Part shown: positions 27,499 to 37,632 of the stretch, one piece after another
Position numbering within the stretch: the first letter of the stretch is position 1
How the letters are laid out: every line of letters starts with the position of its first letter
Assembly (NCBI GenBank): GCA_964596525.1
Contig: CAZQUL010000001.1
Location: 76,830 to 140,829 of the forward strand
DNA: 64,000 nt
Direction of reading: 5' to 3'
Origin: an uncultured Gammaproteobacteria bacterium
GTDB lineage: Bacteria; Patescibacteriota; Patescibacteriia; Magasanikbacterales; GWA2-37-8
The notes under the pieces: generated by a model
The model's database searches: none
Told to the model about the DNA's origin: nothing
What the model saw: only the letters and a program-made list of their open reading frames with translations
Translations under genes and position numbers: made by a program

Positions 27499-27544
27499 AA
27501 CCCCTGTACCAAGCGCACAGAGTGCGTACGGTACAGGGGTTTTT
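27499..27544 (+). terminator. intrinsic terminator
   Basis: AACCCCTGTACC..GGTACAGGGGTT followed by T run. Confidence 0.8.
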
Positions 27545-27598
27545 GATATAGTAAAAAACTTTTTTGATGAATACTTCTTGTAGCATTCCATTATACAC

Positions 27599-27627
27599 TT
27601 GACAGCAGTTAAGAAGATTAGTATTAT
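27599..27627 (+). promoter_or_regulatory. sigma70-like promoter
   Basis: TTGACA-17-TATTAT. Confidence 0.75.
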
Positions 27628-27669
27628 TACTAGTCGTCGTCATACCCCGCTAGGGGTGAGGAGGAGCAC

Positions 27670-27771
27670 ATGCGCGCAGGACCGATCCGTAATATGGCTT
27701 TCTTCTACGTCTTCTCCAAGCCGATCGCAGCCGCCGTGGCCGCGATCAGCTGGATCATCAGACACACCTAG
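27670..27771 (+). CDS. 33-aa hydrophobic/basic peptide, absent from the ORF track
   Basis: GAGGAG SD; MRAGPIRNMAFFYVFSKPIAAAVAAISWIIRHT; own promoter; terminator at 27827-27860. Confidence 0.6.
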   Translation: MRAGPIRNMAFFYVFSKPIAAAVAAISWIIRHT

Positions 27772-27878
27772 CCAAGGGAGACCGACACAGGAGGATCCGC
27801 CGAGCGTCTCGACGCTCGGCCCCATCAAAAAAACGACCTTCAGAGAAGATCGCTTTTTTGTTTTTAGACGATTAGTTC

Positions 27879-29156
27879 TTATACCGCATCGTATTCGTGC
27901 ATCGTAATCTGCGCATCGATCTGCTTGGCAGTTTCGATAGCTACCGCGACCGCGATAAGCATGCTCGTACCACCGATGCTCAAGCTCTGCGTTCCGGTAA
28001 CGATCTGGAGGATAAGCGGGAGGATAGCGATAACGCCAAGGAACAGCGCACCGCCCAAGTTCAATCGGTTCATGGTAGAGCTCAGGTATTCTTCGGTTTC
28101 CTTACCCGGACGAATCCCCGGGATAAAACCACCTTGCTTCTGGAGATTTTCGGCGATTTTCTGTGGATGGAAAATAACGCTCGTATAGAAGAATGTGAAG
28201 CCAAAGACCAGGATGAAGTACGCGATGGTGTATACGACACCCGTGTTCTGGAAGGCCTGCGTCACGCGGAATGCAAGTTCGGCAAGCCACGGCGTTGAAG
28301 AGTTGACGAGAAACTGCGCGATGAGCGCGGGCAAAGTAAGAAGCGACAAAGCGAAGATGATCGGCACGACGCCGGCCATGTTGACCCGGAAAGGAAGATG
28401 GGTGGACGAACCGCCCATCATGCGCATACCGCGCACCTGCTTGGCATAGGTTACCGGAATATTGCGCTGCGCTTCGTTGACGAATACTACGGCAATGATC
28501 GTACCCACAGCCATCGCCGCATAGAGGATGAAGGTGGTTGTATCATTCGAGGTATAGTTGAGGAACGCGTTACGCACTACCTGCGGGAGAGAGGCAACGA
28601 TACCCGCGAAGATAAGAAGCGACGTGCCATTGCCCACTTTCTGTTCGGTAATGAGTTCACCGAGCCAGACCAAGAACATGGTGCCGGCGGTGACGGTAAG
28701 GATGATGGAAATAACACCAAGCGGCGCAACATCCCCCAAAATACCCTGGCCCGACGTGCGCAGATACTGAAGCGTGGCATAACCCTGCATAAGGGCGAAT
28801 GGCACGGTGAGGTACCGCGTATAACGGTTGAGTGTATTCTGACCCTGCTCCCCTTCTTTGGATAATTCTTCAAACTTGGGCAGGATAATCGTGAGGAGCT
28901 GAATGATGATGGACGCAGTAATGTAGGGACCCACACCAAGCATGATCACCGAGAAATTTTGGATACTACCACCCGAGAACAAGTTAAGAAGGCCGAGGAT
29001 CTGGTTGCCTTCAAGCACTTGGCGGACGCTATTAACATCCACACCCGGAATCGGTACGTGCGCCGTAAGGCGAAACACCACCAAAAGACCGAGCACGAAC
29101 AAAATCTTGTTGCGCACTTCTTTCAGCGTCCAGAGGGAAGAAAGTTTTTCCCACAT
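27879..29156 (-). CDS. secY: preprotein translocase subunit SecY
   Basis: LGVGPYITASII, GNGTSLLIFAGI, GGFIPGIRPG, GGTS. Confidence 0.97.
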   Translation of the reverse strand: MWEKLSSLWTLKEVRNKILFVLGLLVVFRLTAHVPIPGVDVNSVRQVLEGNQILGLLNLFSGGSIQNFSVIMLGVGPYITASIIIQLLTIILPKFEELSKEGEQGQNTLNRYTRYLTVPFALMQGYATLQYLRTSGQGILGDVAPLGVISIILTVTAGTMFLVWLGELITEQKVGNGTSLLIFAGIVASLPQVVRNAFLNYTSNDTTTFILYAAMAVGTIIAVVFVNEAQRNIPVTYAKQVRGMRMMGGSSTHLPFRVNMAGVVPIIFALSLLTLPALIAQFLVNSSTPWLAELAFRVTQAFQNTGVVYTIAYFILVFGFTFFYTSVIFHPQKIAENLQKQGGFIPGIRPGKETEEYLSSTMNRLNLGGALFLGVIAILPLILQIVTGTQSLSIGGTSMLIAVAVAIETAKQIDAQITMHEYDAV

Positions 29157-29168
29157 ATTGAAGAGAAG

Positions 29169-29609
29169 TTATTTGATCTCACCGCCCAGCGCTTTGATTT
29201 TTTCGGCTACCTGTTTGGTGGTTTTAAGACCGACCAGGGAGAGTTTTTTGGTGAGCTCGCCGGTACCGATCACCTTAGCGGTGCGGACCGTCGAATTAAC
29301 GAGATTTTTTTCTTTGAGCGCGGCGAGTGTGACTTCGCTGCCCGAAGCGAAATGCTTTTCAAGATCGGACAAATACACCTCGGAAGGCTTGGCCTTGAGG
29401 GAATTGAAACCGCGCAGTTTGGGCGTGGATTGCATCATGAACTTGAACGCCTTGATAGCAAGACCGCGTTGGCCGCCGGAGCGAGCCGTTTGGCCTTTAC
29501 CACCGCGCGTGGCGGAGGTGCCATGACCCGAGGCATTACCGCGACCGATCTGTTTGGGCGCTTTTTTGGCACCGCGCGCGGGTTTGATATTGCCAGGATG
29601 TAACATCAT
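29169..29609 (-). CDS. rplO: 50S ribosomal protein L15
   Basis: GRG..SG.GT.ATRGGKGQTARSG; synteny. Confidence 0.95.
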   Translation of the reverse strand: MMLHPGNIKPARGAKKAPKQIGRGNASGHGTSATRGGKGQTARSGGQRGLAIKAFKFMMQSTPKLRGFNSLKAKPSEVYLSDLEKHFASGSEVTLAALKEKNLVNSTVRTAKVIGTGELTKKLSLVGLKTTKQVAEKIKALGGEIK

Positions 29610-29634
29610 ACCGTAAAAAGTGAATACCTAAGAA

Positions 29635-30234
29635 CTAAGCCTGAGCAGCCGTTTCGGCGGCTTTGGTCGGACGCTTTTTGATTTTGACCTTTTCGTCGAC
29701 TTCAACTTCTTTGGCTGCGACTGGAGCATCGATCTTTACCACCTTAGCGCCTTTGAAGCGTTTCAACGCTTCAAACGTTGCTTTAACGGTAACGATCTTG
29801 TTTTTGGTCTTACCCAAAATCTTGGACGACACATTCGGAATGCCGGCCATGTCGAGCACGGTGCGCACAGCACCGCCGGCGATGATACCGGAACCGCGCG
29901 GAGCAGGCTTAAGCATGACAGTCGAGGATTTGAATTTTTTGATAACGCGGTGTGGAATGGTTTCGTTGACGATCGGGACGAGAATGATGTTCTTCTTGGC
30001 CTGGTGCACGGCTTTTTCTACGCCGAGCTGCACGTCTTTGCCTTTAGCGACGCCGAAACCAACGCGTCCTTTGCGGTCGCCGAGAATGATACAGATGCGG
30101 AAACTCATGTGTTTACCACCCTGGGTGACACGGGTGACACGGGCAATATCCAAGATAAACTGATCGAATTCAGATTTTTCGGCGTGCGGACGGCCCTGGC
30201 CCGGATTTTTTTTGAAGGCTCCTTTGGTGTTCAT
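29635..30234 (-). CDS. rpsE: 30S ribosomal protein S5
   Basis: RVTRVTQGG, PAPRGSGIIAGG. Confidence 0.95.
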   Translation of the reverse strand: MNTKGAFKKNPGQGRPHAEKSEFDQFILDIARVTRVTQGGKHMSFRICIILGDRKGRVGFGVAKGKDVQLGVEKAVHQAKKNIILVPIVNETIPHRVIKKFKSSTVMLKPAPRGSGIIAGGAVRTVLDMAGIPNVSSKILGKTKNKIVTVKATFEALKRFKGAKVVKIDAPVAAKEVEVDEKVKIKKRPTKAAETAAQA

Positions 30235-30254
30235 AAATAAAGTGGCTTAGAGCA

Positions 30255-30626
30255 TTAAAAGGAGAGACCGCCTGCACGGGCGCCTTCGGCCACGGCTTTG
30301 ACGCGGCCATGATAGCGGTAACCACCGCGATCGAAAACCGCGCGGGTGATGCCTTTTTCTTTAGCACGACTGGCGAGAAGCTCGCCAGCGGCGTGAGCCG
30401 CGGCGACTTTGGCGGTTTTTCCTTCCACCTTGACATCTTTAAGTTCAGCGGTACGAGCCGAAGCGAGAGTAACTCCTTTTTCATCATCGACAAGTTGCAC
30501 TTCCATGCCCTTGAGGCTACGGAAGACCGACAGGCGCGGGCACGACGATGTGCCGGACACTCGCGCGCGCACACGGCCGTGACGGATCTGGCGAAGTTGG
30601 TTGTGACTTTGGGTAAGTCGTTGCAT
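30255..30626 (-). CDS. rplR: 50S ribosomal protein L18
   Basis: PRLSVFRS, VFDRGGYRYHGRV. Confidence 0.95.
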   Translation of the reverse strand: MQRLTQSHNQLRQIRHGRVRARVSGTSSCPRLSVFRSLKGMEVQLVDDEKGVTLASARTAELKDVKVEGKTAKVAAAHAAGELLASRAKEKGITRAVFDRGGYRYHGRVKAVAEGARAGGLSF

Positions 30627-30653
30627 ACGGGTGAGACACTAACGAGTAATGGC

Positions 30654-31202
30654 TTACGCGGCCTTCGAAGCGGCTTTGCCAGCTTTGCGGCGAACCACTT
30701 CGTCGGTATAGCGGATACCTTTGCCTTTGTAGGGCTCCGGTTTCTTGATGGAACGGATACGAGCGGCCATCTCGCCGACCTGTTGCTTGCTGATGCCCTC
30801 GACCGTAATAATATTTTTTTCAACCGACAATTTAACACCCGGGAGCGTTTCGATTTCGACCGGATGAGAATAGCCAGCTTCGACCACGAGCGCGTTCGCA
30901 CCTTTCATAGCTGCCTTATAGCCAACGCCGTTGATTTCGAGCTGTTTCTTATAACCTTCGGTAACACCCTTAATCATATTCTTGATGATGCTGCCCCAGG
31001 TGCCCCAGAGCGCACGATCGAGTTTGTCCGAAGTCGTCGGGACACTTACCATAAGCCCTTCCGGAGACTGGGCAACAGCAACGCGCGGATGAAGCTTTTC
31101 TTTGAGCTCTCCTTTGGGCCCCTTGACGGAAATCGTGCCTTTGCCGATTTCGACGTTCACGCCACTCGGGAGGGTGATTGGTTTTTTACCTATACGGGAC
31201 AT
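30654..31202 (-). CDS. rplF: 50S ribosomal protein L6
   Basis: MSRIGKKPI, PEPYKGKGIRY. Confidence 0.95.
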   Translation of the reverse strand: MSRIGKKPITLPSGVNVEIGKGTISVKGPKGELKEKLHPRVAVAQSPEGLMVSVPTTSDKLDRALWGTWGSIIKNMIKGVTEGYKKQLEINGVGYKAAMKGANALVVEAGYSHPVEIETLPGVKLSVEKNIITVEGISKQQVGEMAARIRSIKKPEPYKGKGIRYTDEVVRRKAGKAASKAA

Positions 31203-31213
31203 AGGAGAGAGAA

Positions 31214-31603
31214 TTAAAAGACTTCGCACAGAAGCTCGCCGCCGAGTTTGGCCGCACGGGCTTCTTTGTCGGTCATGATGCCTTGCGGAGTGGAAAGAAC
31301 CGCAACGCCGTAACCGTTGAAAACGGATTTGATCTCACCGTGCTTGACGTAGATGCGCGAACCCGGCTTACTGACGCGCTTAACGTGCGAGATGGCCGGC
31401 TCGCGATTAACGTACTTGAGCACGATGCGGATGGAGGGGTGAACATCCTTGAATTCTTCCGCGCTCACAAGGTAGCCTTCGCGCACAAGAAGAAGGGCGA
31501 TGGCCATCTTGAGTTTGGAAAACGGAACGAGCACCTCTTGTTTGTGCACGAGTGAAGCATTGCGAATGCGGGTGAGCATGTCAGCAATAGGATCAGTCAA
31601 CAT
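31214..31603 (-). CDS. rpsH: 30S ribosomal protein S8
   Basis: DPIADMLTRIRN, SKPG.RIY, GGELLC. Confidence 0.95.
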   Translation of the reverse strand: MLTDPIADMLTRIRNASLVHKQEVLVPFSKLKMAIALLLVREGYLVSAEEFKDVHPSIRIVLKYVNREPAISHVKRVSKPGSRIYVKHGEIKSVFNGYGVAVLSTPQGIMTDKEARAAKLGGELLCEVF

Positions 31604-31636
31604 AAGAAGACTTATTAGGAAACTTAGATAACAAAC

Positions 31637-31822
31637 TTACCAACTCGACTTGCTCACACCCGGAATCTGCGTGGCATTGGCCATCTCGCGGAAGCAAATA
31701 CGGCACACACCGAAACGGCGCATGAAACCGCGGCGGCGGCCGCAATTCCAGCAGCGGCGCACGATGCGGGTCGAGAATTTGGGCTTCTTGAGCGATTTGG
31801 CGATTTGAGCTTGAGTAGCCAT
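31637..31822 (-). CDS. rpsN: 30S ribosomal protein S14, zinc-binding type
   Basis: 61 aa; RCWNCGR..CRICFR. Confidence 0.95.
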   Translation of the reverse strand: MATQAQIAKSLKKPKFSTRIVRRCWNCGRRRGFMRRFGVCRICFREMANATQIPGVSKSSW

Positions 31823-31825
31823 AGA

Positions 31826-32368
31826 CTATTGCGCAAAAGGAAAACCTAAATGACGAAGGAGAGCCTTGCCGAGGGTCTTGTTACCCGCAGTCGTCACGAT
31901 AATAACCTGCAAACCATGGACTTTATCGATTTCCTCGAGTTTAACTTCGGGGAAAGCAATGTTTTCTTTGAAACCTAAGGTGTAGTTACCCTGGCGATCG
32001 AAGCCTTTGTCGGAAATGCCATGGAAGTCGCGGACACGCGGCAAGGTGATCTTAAGCATCTTTTCGAGGAAGTCGTACATGCGCTCGCCACGCAAGGTGA
32101 CCGTCACGCCGATTTCCATACCTTCACGGATTTTGAAGTTGGAAATGGATTTCTTGGCCTTGGTGCGCATCGGTTTTTGGCCGGTGATGCGGGTAACAAC
32201 CTTTTCCACGTTTTCGACGAAGTGCGGTTCTTTGACGAAGCGGCCGACACCAACGTTAACCACCACTTTGGTGATTTTCGGGACCTGCATGCGGTTCGTG
32301 AGGTTCATTTCCTTCATGAGGGCAGGCACGACGTCGGTTTGGTAGAAGCGATACAAAGTATTGGACAT
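31826..32368 (-). CDS. rplE: 50S ribosomal protein L5
   Basis: ITGQKP, LPRVRDF.G. Confidence 0.95.
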   Translation of the reverse strand: MSNTLYRFYQTDVVPALMKEMNLTNRMQVPKITKVVVNVGVGRFVKEPHFVENVEKVVTRITGQKPMRTKAKKSISNFKIREGMEIGVTVTLRGERMYDFLEKMLKITLPRVRDFHGISDKGFDRQGNYTLGFKENIAFPEVKLEEIDKVHGLQVIIVTTAGNKTLGKALLRHLGFPFAQ

Positions 32369-32388
32369 AGGAATCTCGGTAAGCGGGG

Positions 32389-32697
32389 CTAGCTAATAAA
32401 GGTGCCGCACTTCCGGCAAAACCGTTTTTTTACATCGCCGTCCATCTTATAGCCGACGCGGACGGTTTTGGAGCATGACGGGCACACCACCATAACGTTA
32501 GCAGCCGAAAGCGGAGCCGACAATTCGATGATCTGGCCTTTCTCACCGGCCTTGCGCGAGCGGAGGTGTTTCTTCATAATGTTCAACCCTTCGACAACGA
32601 CCTTGTTTTCTTCGTTGAACACCTGGATGACCTTGCCCGATTTGCCACTGTCTTTGCCGGTCATGATTTTTACGGTATCGTTACGTTTAATCTTCAT
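32389..32697 (-). CDS. rplX: 50S ribosomal protein L24
   Basis: GKD.GK.GKV, VVEGLN. Confidence 0.95.
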   Translation of the reverse strand: MKIKRNDTVKIMTGKDSGKSGKVIQVFNEENKVVVEGLNIMKKHLRSRKAGEKGQIIELSAPLSAANVMVVCPSCSKTVRVGYKMDGDVKKRFCRKCGTFIS

Positions 32698-32709
32698 ATA
32701 AAGCGCGAG

Positions 32710-33081
32710 TTACAATACCTCCGGGGCAAGAGATATAATTTTTTGAAAACCCTTGGCGCGCAGCTCGCGAGCGACCGGTCCGAAAATACGCGAGCCTTTA
32801 GGTTCCTTGGTGTCACGGTCGATAATCACACCAGCGTTTTCGTCGAAACGGATGTAGGTTCCGTCAGTGCGACGCACTTCTTTATGCTGGCGGACAATGA
32901 CGACGTGCACAACGTCGCTTTTCTTTACCAAACCGCGCGGAGCGGCTTCTTTGACGACGCAGGTGACGACATCACCGAGCTCGGCATAGCGCTTTTTGTA
33001 ACCACCGAGTACGCGGATGCACTGCAGGCGTTTGGCACCGGTGTTGTCGGCGACGACGAGCATGCTACGATGTTGAATCAT
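32710..33081 (-). CDS. rplN: 50S ribosomal protein L14
   Basis: [25 protein letters not shown]. Confidence 0.97.
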   Translation of the reverse strand: MIQHRSMLVVADNTGAKRLQCIRVLGGYKKRYAELGDVVTCVVKEAAPRGLVKKSDVVHVVIVRQHKEVRRTDGTYIRFDENAGVIIDRDTKEPKGSRIFGPVARELRAKGFQKIISLAPEVL

Positions 33082-33090
33082 ACACTTCGA

Positions 33091-33426
33091 TTACGCTTGA
33101 GTAACTACCCCGGTAAAGCGCCAGCGTTTGGTCTTGGAGATCGGGCGGCATTCCACGAATGAAACCTTTTCGCCGACTTTTGCTTTGCCTTCTTCGTCAT
33201 GTACGTGGTACTTGACGCTCGAGCGGTAGGTTTTGTGGTATTTGGGGTTGGATTTCATGGTATCGACCTTCACCACGATCGTTTTGTGCATAGCGGTCGA
33301 AACGACCGTTCCCACGAAACGACGCATTTTTTTGGCCGGTTCCTGGGCGGTTTTGGTTTCTACCGAAGTAGAAGCCTTGGGCGCGCGGGCCTTGGCCGGT
33401 TTTTTGGTTTTAGTAGCGGGAGACAT
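33091..33426 (-). CDS. rpsQ: 30S ribosomal protein S17 with N-terminal extension
   Basis: GTVVS..MHKTIVV, ECRPISKTKRW. Confidence 0.95.
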   Translation of the reverse strand: MSPATKTKKPAKARAPKASTSVETKTAQEPAKKMRRFVGTVVSTAMHKTIVVKVDTMKSNPKYHKTYRSSVKYHVHDEEGKAKVGEKVSFVECRPISKTKRWRFTGVVTQA

Positions 33427-33440
33427 ACACAAAACAGTGA

Positions 33441-33632
33441 CTAAGTAGACGAACGGGAATGAAGAGCGGTCTTGAGGCGGGCGAGGAGCTGGCGAGTCGA
33501 GCGGATGAGATGCACCTGCTTCAAGGTGTGAGTCGAAGCCTGGAACGAGAATTCAGATAAGCGGCGTTCTTCGGCAGCGATGAGCTCCTTGAGCTCGGCG
33601 ATGGATTTGTCTTTGAGTTCAGCGAATTTCAT
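33441..33632 (-). CDS. rpmC: 50S ribosomal protein L29
   Basis: ELKDKS..EL..IR..LARLKT; synteny. Confidence 0.9.
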   Translation of the reverse strand: MKFAELKDKSIAELKELIAAEERRLSEFSFQASTHTLKQVHLIRSTRQLLARLKTALHSRSST

Positions 33633-33641
33633 AGGACGGCG

Positions 33642-34055
33642 TTAGACTTTTTCGACAAACTTGGTTTTGACACCCAGCTTGTACCCGGCCAACTTCATAG
33701 CTTCTTGAGCTTCGGGCTTGGCGACACCGACCATTTCAAAGAGAACTGTACCGGGTTTTACGACCGCGACATAGTGGTCAGGGCTGCCCTTACCACCACC
33801 CATCGGAGTTTCGTTGCCTTTTTTGGTAACCGGTTTGTCGGGGAAGATACGGATCCAGACCTTGCCACCGCGACGTACGTAGCGGGTAAGGATGCGGCGG
33901 ACCGCTTCGATCTGGCGGCTCGTGATCCAGCCGTGATCCTCGGATTTGATGCCGAAATCGCCGAAGGCAACCGTGTTGATGCGGGTGGCGACACCCTTGG
34001 CGCGACGGCGGCCCTTGTGCCATTTGCGGTGTTGTACTTTTTTAGGTAACAGCAT
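33642..34055 (-). CDS. rplP: 50S ribosomal protein L16
   Basis: [15 protein letters not shown]. Confidence 0.97.
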   Translation of the reverse strand: MLLPKKVQHRKWHKGRRRAKGVATRINTVAFGDFGIKSEDHGWITSRQIEAVRRILTRYVRRGGKVWIRIFPDKPVTKKGNETPMGGGKGSPDHYVAVVKPGTVLFEMVGVAKPEAQEAMKLAGYKLGVKTKFVEKV

Positions 34056-34060
34056 ACGAG

Positions 34061-34792
34061 TTAGGAGCGGTGCTCTTTAGGCTTGTGAGCATGAGCAGGT
34101 TTGCGATGTGCCGAGGCGCCAGTTTCCTGGGCTTCCTTCGTGAACTTGTCGTTCAGGCCAAAGCTTTCGCCGTGGTAGATCCAGATCTTGATACCGATTT
34201 TTCCGTACACGGTGTGGGCTTCGGCGAGCGCATAATCAACGTTGCTGCGGAGCGTAATGAGGGACATTTTGCCTTCACCGAGCTTTTCGGTGCGGGCGAT
34301 TTCAGCGCCGTTCAAGCGGCCACTCATGGTGACTTTTACCCCGCGCGCACCGGCTGCCATGACTTTTTGCATCAACTGTTTCATAACGCGGCGGAACGGG
34401 ATGCGGCGTTCGATTTCGCGGGCAGCATTGCCGGCGACGATGGTGGCCGAGAGGGCCGGATTTTTGACGGCCTGCACGTGCAAGCGGACCTTGGTTTTAA
34501 ACTGGAGGAAGGTGCGTTCAATTTCTTTGCGGATCACCTCAAGGCCCTGGCCGCTACGACCAATAACGACGCCCGGCTTGCCGGCCAAGATGGTGATGTT
34601 AACTTCTTTGGGCGAGCGTTCGATACTGATAGCATCAAGCTCAGCATCGCGGAGTTTCTTATTGAGATATTCGCGAATAGCCATTTCTTGACGCAAGAAT
34701 GTCGGCAAAAGTTCTTTGCGGGCGAACCAGCGCGAGTCCCACGGAAAGATGAGTGGGGTGCGATGAATTTTAGGGTGTACTTTGTGTCCCAT
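34061..34792 (-). CDS. rpsC: 30S ribosomal protein S3
   Basis: [18 protein letters not shown]. Confidence 0.97.
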   Translation of the reverse strand: MGHKVHPKIHRTPLIFPWDSRWFARKELLPTFLRQEMAIREYLNKKLRDAELDAISIERSPKEVNITILAGKPGVVIGRSGQGLEVIRKEIERTFLQFKTKVRLHVQAVKNPALSATIVAGNAAREIERRIPFRRVMKQLMQKVMAAGARGVKVTMSGRLNGAEIARTEKLGEGKMSLITLRSNVDYALAEAHTVYGKIGIKIWIYHGESFGLNDKFTKEAQETGASAHRKPAHAHKPKEHRS

Positions 34793-34801
34793 AAAAAAAG
34801 G

Positions 34802-35263
34802 CTAGGTGGACGAGGTAGACGCGCCCTTCTTCGCGGTTTTAGCGCGCGGAGCACGAGCTTTAGTGGCTTTCTTAGTCGGGGCTTTCGGTTCGACCGAAGC
34901 TTCCTCTTTAGGAGTTCCTTCGGCAGCCTGGCCAGAGAGCACAATGTGGATATGCGAGGTGCGTTCGCGAACCGGAGTGGCGCGACCATGAGCCTTCGGC
35001 ATCCAGCGTTTCAAAGCCGGACCACCGTCGACGGTAATGGATTGCACGCGGAGATTATTCTCGGAGAGAGAATAATTGTGGCGTGCGTTAGCGACGGCCG
35101 AGAGAAGAAGCTTGAGAAGGGGTTTGGCCGGACGCTTGTTCGTGAGCGTCAAAATCGATACCGAACGGTTGACCGAACGGCCGCGGATAAGATCGGCGAC
35201 GAGGCGCACTTTGCGCGGACTCATGCGCAGGAAGCGCAGGTGAGCGGTAACGTGTTGTTGCAT
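34802..35263 (-). CDS. rplV: 50S ribosomal protein L22 with C-terminal extension
   Basis: SPRKVRLVADLIRG, RTSHI. Confidence 0.95.
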   Translation of the reverse strand: MQQHVTAHLRFLRMSPRKVRLVADLIRGRSVNRSVSILTLTNKRPAKPLLKLLLSAVANARHNYSLSENNLRVQSITVDGGPALKRWMPKAHGRATPVRERTSHIHIVLSGQAAEGTPKEEASVEPKAPTKKATKARAPRAKTAKKGASTSST

Positions 35264-35286
35264 ACGAGAATAAAAGTGAGCCAAGC

Positions 35287-35619
35287 TTATTTCTTAGCAG
35301 CCGGTTTCGCGGCGGCCGGAGCCGGAGCGGCGGTCTTAGCGGCTTCTTGATCCTTGGCCATCTTACCACCATGACGCACGAATTTACGCGTCGGAGCAAA
35401 TTCACCCAAGCGGTGGCCAACCATGTTTTCTTCTACCAAGACGGTCAAGAAATCCTTGCCATTGTGGACCAAGAACGTAGTGCCGACCATTTCCGGAGAA
35501 ATGACGCAGGCACGGGACCAGGTTTTGATCGGGGCCCGTTTGCCGCTTTTTTTGAGCGCCTCAACTTTCTTGAGGATACGCGGATCGATATACGGACCTT
35601 TCTTTAAACTGCGGGACAT
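35287..35619 (-). CDS. rpsS: 30S ribosomal protein S19
   Basis: [19 protein letters not shown]. Confidence 0.97.
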   Translation of the reverse strand: MSRSLKKGPYIDPRILKKVEALKKSGKRAPIKTWSRACVISPEMVGTTFLVHNGKDFLTVLVEENMVGHRLGEFAPTRKFVRHGGKMAKDQEAAKTAAPAPAAAKPAAKK

Positions 35620-35658
35620 AAGATATGGGTAATCAGTAATGAGTTACTGCTACGTTCT

Positions 35659-36507
35659 TTAAAGGCTGGATTTGCCTTTGCGCGGCTGGATGATGAACTT
35701 GTCACTCCACTTGTTGCGCTCACGGGTTTTGACACCACGTGCTTTCTTGCCATAGACCGTCATCGGACCGCGACGCTGACCGATCGGGCTGTGACCTTCA
35801 CCACCACCGTGCGGGTGGTCAGCCGGGTTCATATTCTTACCTTTGACCGTGGGTTTAATGCCGCGGTGGCGCATACGACCAGCTTTGCCCCAGCGGATAA
35901 GACGGCGGTCCGGGTTGCTGACAGTACCGATGGTAGCGCGGCAGTCTTTGCGGATAAGGCGCATTTCGCCCGACGGCATGCGGAGCGTGACATAGTCGCC
36001 TTCGAGGGCGACGAGCTGGGCCGATACGCCAGCGCCGCGGACAATTTGACCGCCTTTTCCCGGAGTAAGTTCTACATTGTGGACGAAAAGACCAACCGGA
36101 ATGGATTCAAGCGGCATACGGTTACCGGTTTTAGCCTCGATAGCGTTCTTAGACGAAAGGATGGTTTCGCCGACGGTCAAGCCATCCGGTGCCATGACGT
36201 ACGCTTTAGTGGCATCGGTGTATTCGATAAGGGCGATGCGGGCACCGCGGTTCGGATCGTATTCAATAGCGATAACTTTGGCCGGCATGTCGAATTTTTC
36301 CTGGCGGAAGTCGACGATGCGGTAGTACTTCTTGGCGCCGCCAGCACGGTGGCGAACCGTAATCACACCCTGGTTGTTGCGGCCTGATTTGGCCTTGAGG
36401 ATGGTGATGAGACTTTTCTCCGGCTTGAATTTGGTGATGTCCTTAAAAGCATCAACGCTTGAAAGGCGGCGGCCCGGACTGGTTGGTTTGTGTTGCAAAA
36501 TAGGCAT
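35659..36507 (-). CDS. rplB: 50S ribosomal protein L2
   Basis: IEYDPNR, MNPADHPHGGGEG. Confidence 0.97.
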   Translation of the reverse strand: MPILQHKPTSPGRRLSSVDAFKDITKFKPEKSLITILKAKSGRNNQGVITVRHRAGGAKKYYRIVDFRQEKFDMPAKVIAIEYDPNRGARIALIEYTDATKAYVMAPDGLTVGETILSSKNAIEAKTGNRMPLESIPVGLFVHNVELTPGKGGQIVRGAGVSAQLVALEGDYVTLRMPSGEMRLIRKDCRATIGTVSNPDRRLIRWGKAGRMRHRGIKPTVKGKNMNPADHPHGGGEGHSPIGQRRGPMTVYGKKARGVKTRERNKWSDKFIIQPRKGKSSL

Positions 36508-36512
36508 AGACT

Positions 36513-36971
36513 CTAGACACCTTCATGGAGAGTAAGGGCCGAACCGGATGGCAAGGTGACGATGGCTTTCTTGCAATCCGAGCGGCGACCAAAGGCGCGG
36601 CCCGAGCGGACCTTCTTGCCTTCGTTCGTGATGAAGTGCACGGCGGTCGGTTTGACACCATAACGCTCTTCGACGGCCAAAGCGACGGTTTTCTTTTTGG
36701 CATCTACAGCGACTTCGAAAGCGTACTTATTCATGGCTTTGAGGGCCAAGATCTTTTCGCTCAGAAGTGGCGCAAGGAGTACCTTTTCGTGGACACCGCC
36801 TTTGCCGAGAGCAACCGGAGCAGCCGGAGCTTTGGTGCGGGTTTTTTTGGCAGCACCTTCTTTTTTGGCAGTGGTTTTCTTTTCAGTCGGAGCGGCTTTT
36901 TCCGTGGCCGGGGCGGCGGCTTCGGTACCGGCATCCTGTTTCTTTTTAGCCCAGCGTTCAAGTAATCCCAT
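36513..36971 (-). CDS. rplW: 50S ribosomal protein L23 with long N-terminal extension
   Basis: PLLSEK..KYAFEV..KKAIVTL; synteny. Confidence 0.9.
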   Translation of the reverse strand: MGLLERWAKKKQDAGTEAAAPATEKAAPTEKKTTAKKEGAAKKTRTKAPAAPVALGKGGVHEKVLLAPLLSEKILALKAMNKYAFEVAVDAKKKTVALAVEERYGVKPTAVHFITNEGKKVRSGRAFGRRSDCKKAIVTLPSGSALTLHEGV

Positions 36972-36976
36972 ACAAA

Positions 36977-37612
36977 CTAGTTAGAGGAGGAAAAACGCTC
37001 CTTGAGCTCGGCGAGAGCAGCGGAACTGACAACGAGAGCTTGCGATGAAAGAAGGTCGATAACGCTCACGTCTTTAGCCTGCTTGGTTTCTACCTGCGGC
37101 AAGTTGCGCGTCATGCGGAAGAGAGAACCATGCTCTTTATCAGCAAGCACCAAGAATGAGTTAAAACCTTTCGGCAGCTTGGTGATGAGGGTGTTGAAGA
37201 GCTTGGTTTTCGGTTCGGCAAACGAGTAATTATCGATAACGAAAACCGCTTTATGCTCGGCTTTGTCGGAGAGGCACATGAGGGTCGCAACGCGGCGAGC
37301 TTCTTTGTTGATCTTGGTCTTGTAGGTGCGTTCCGAGAGCGGACCAAAAGCTACACCACCACCTTTCCAGATGGGCGAGCGGATAGAGCCGTGGCGAGCG
37401 CGGCCAGTACCTTTTTGTTTCCAAGGTTTCTTACCACCACCGCTTACTTCACCACGTTTCTTGGCGTTGGCCCATGGTTCGCGCTGGTTGTTGGTCTGGG
37501 CGACGAATACTTCATGGACGAGAGCAGGCTTGACTTTGACTCCAAAAAGCTCAGGCTGAAGTTCGACTTCGCCAACCGACTGACCGCTGATATTATAGAC
37601 AGTTGTTTTCAT
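36977..37612 (-). CDS. rplD: 50S ribosomal protein L4
   Basis: KKPWKQKGTGRARHGS. Confidence 0.97.
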   Translation of the reverse strand: MKTTVYNISGQSVGEVELQPELFGVKVKPALVHEVFVAQTNNQREPWANAKKRGEVSGGGKKPWKQKGTGRARHGSIRSPIWKGGGVAFGPLSERTYKTKINKEARRVATLMCLSDKAEHKAVFVIDNYSFAEPKTKLFNTLITKLPKGFNSFLVLADKEHGSLFRMTRNLPQVETKQAKDVSVIDLLSSQALVVSSAALAELKERFSSSN

Positions 37613-37632
37613 ACAAATAGAGGGGCTCTTCG

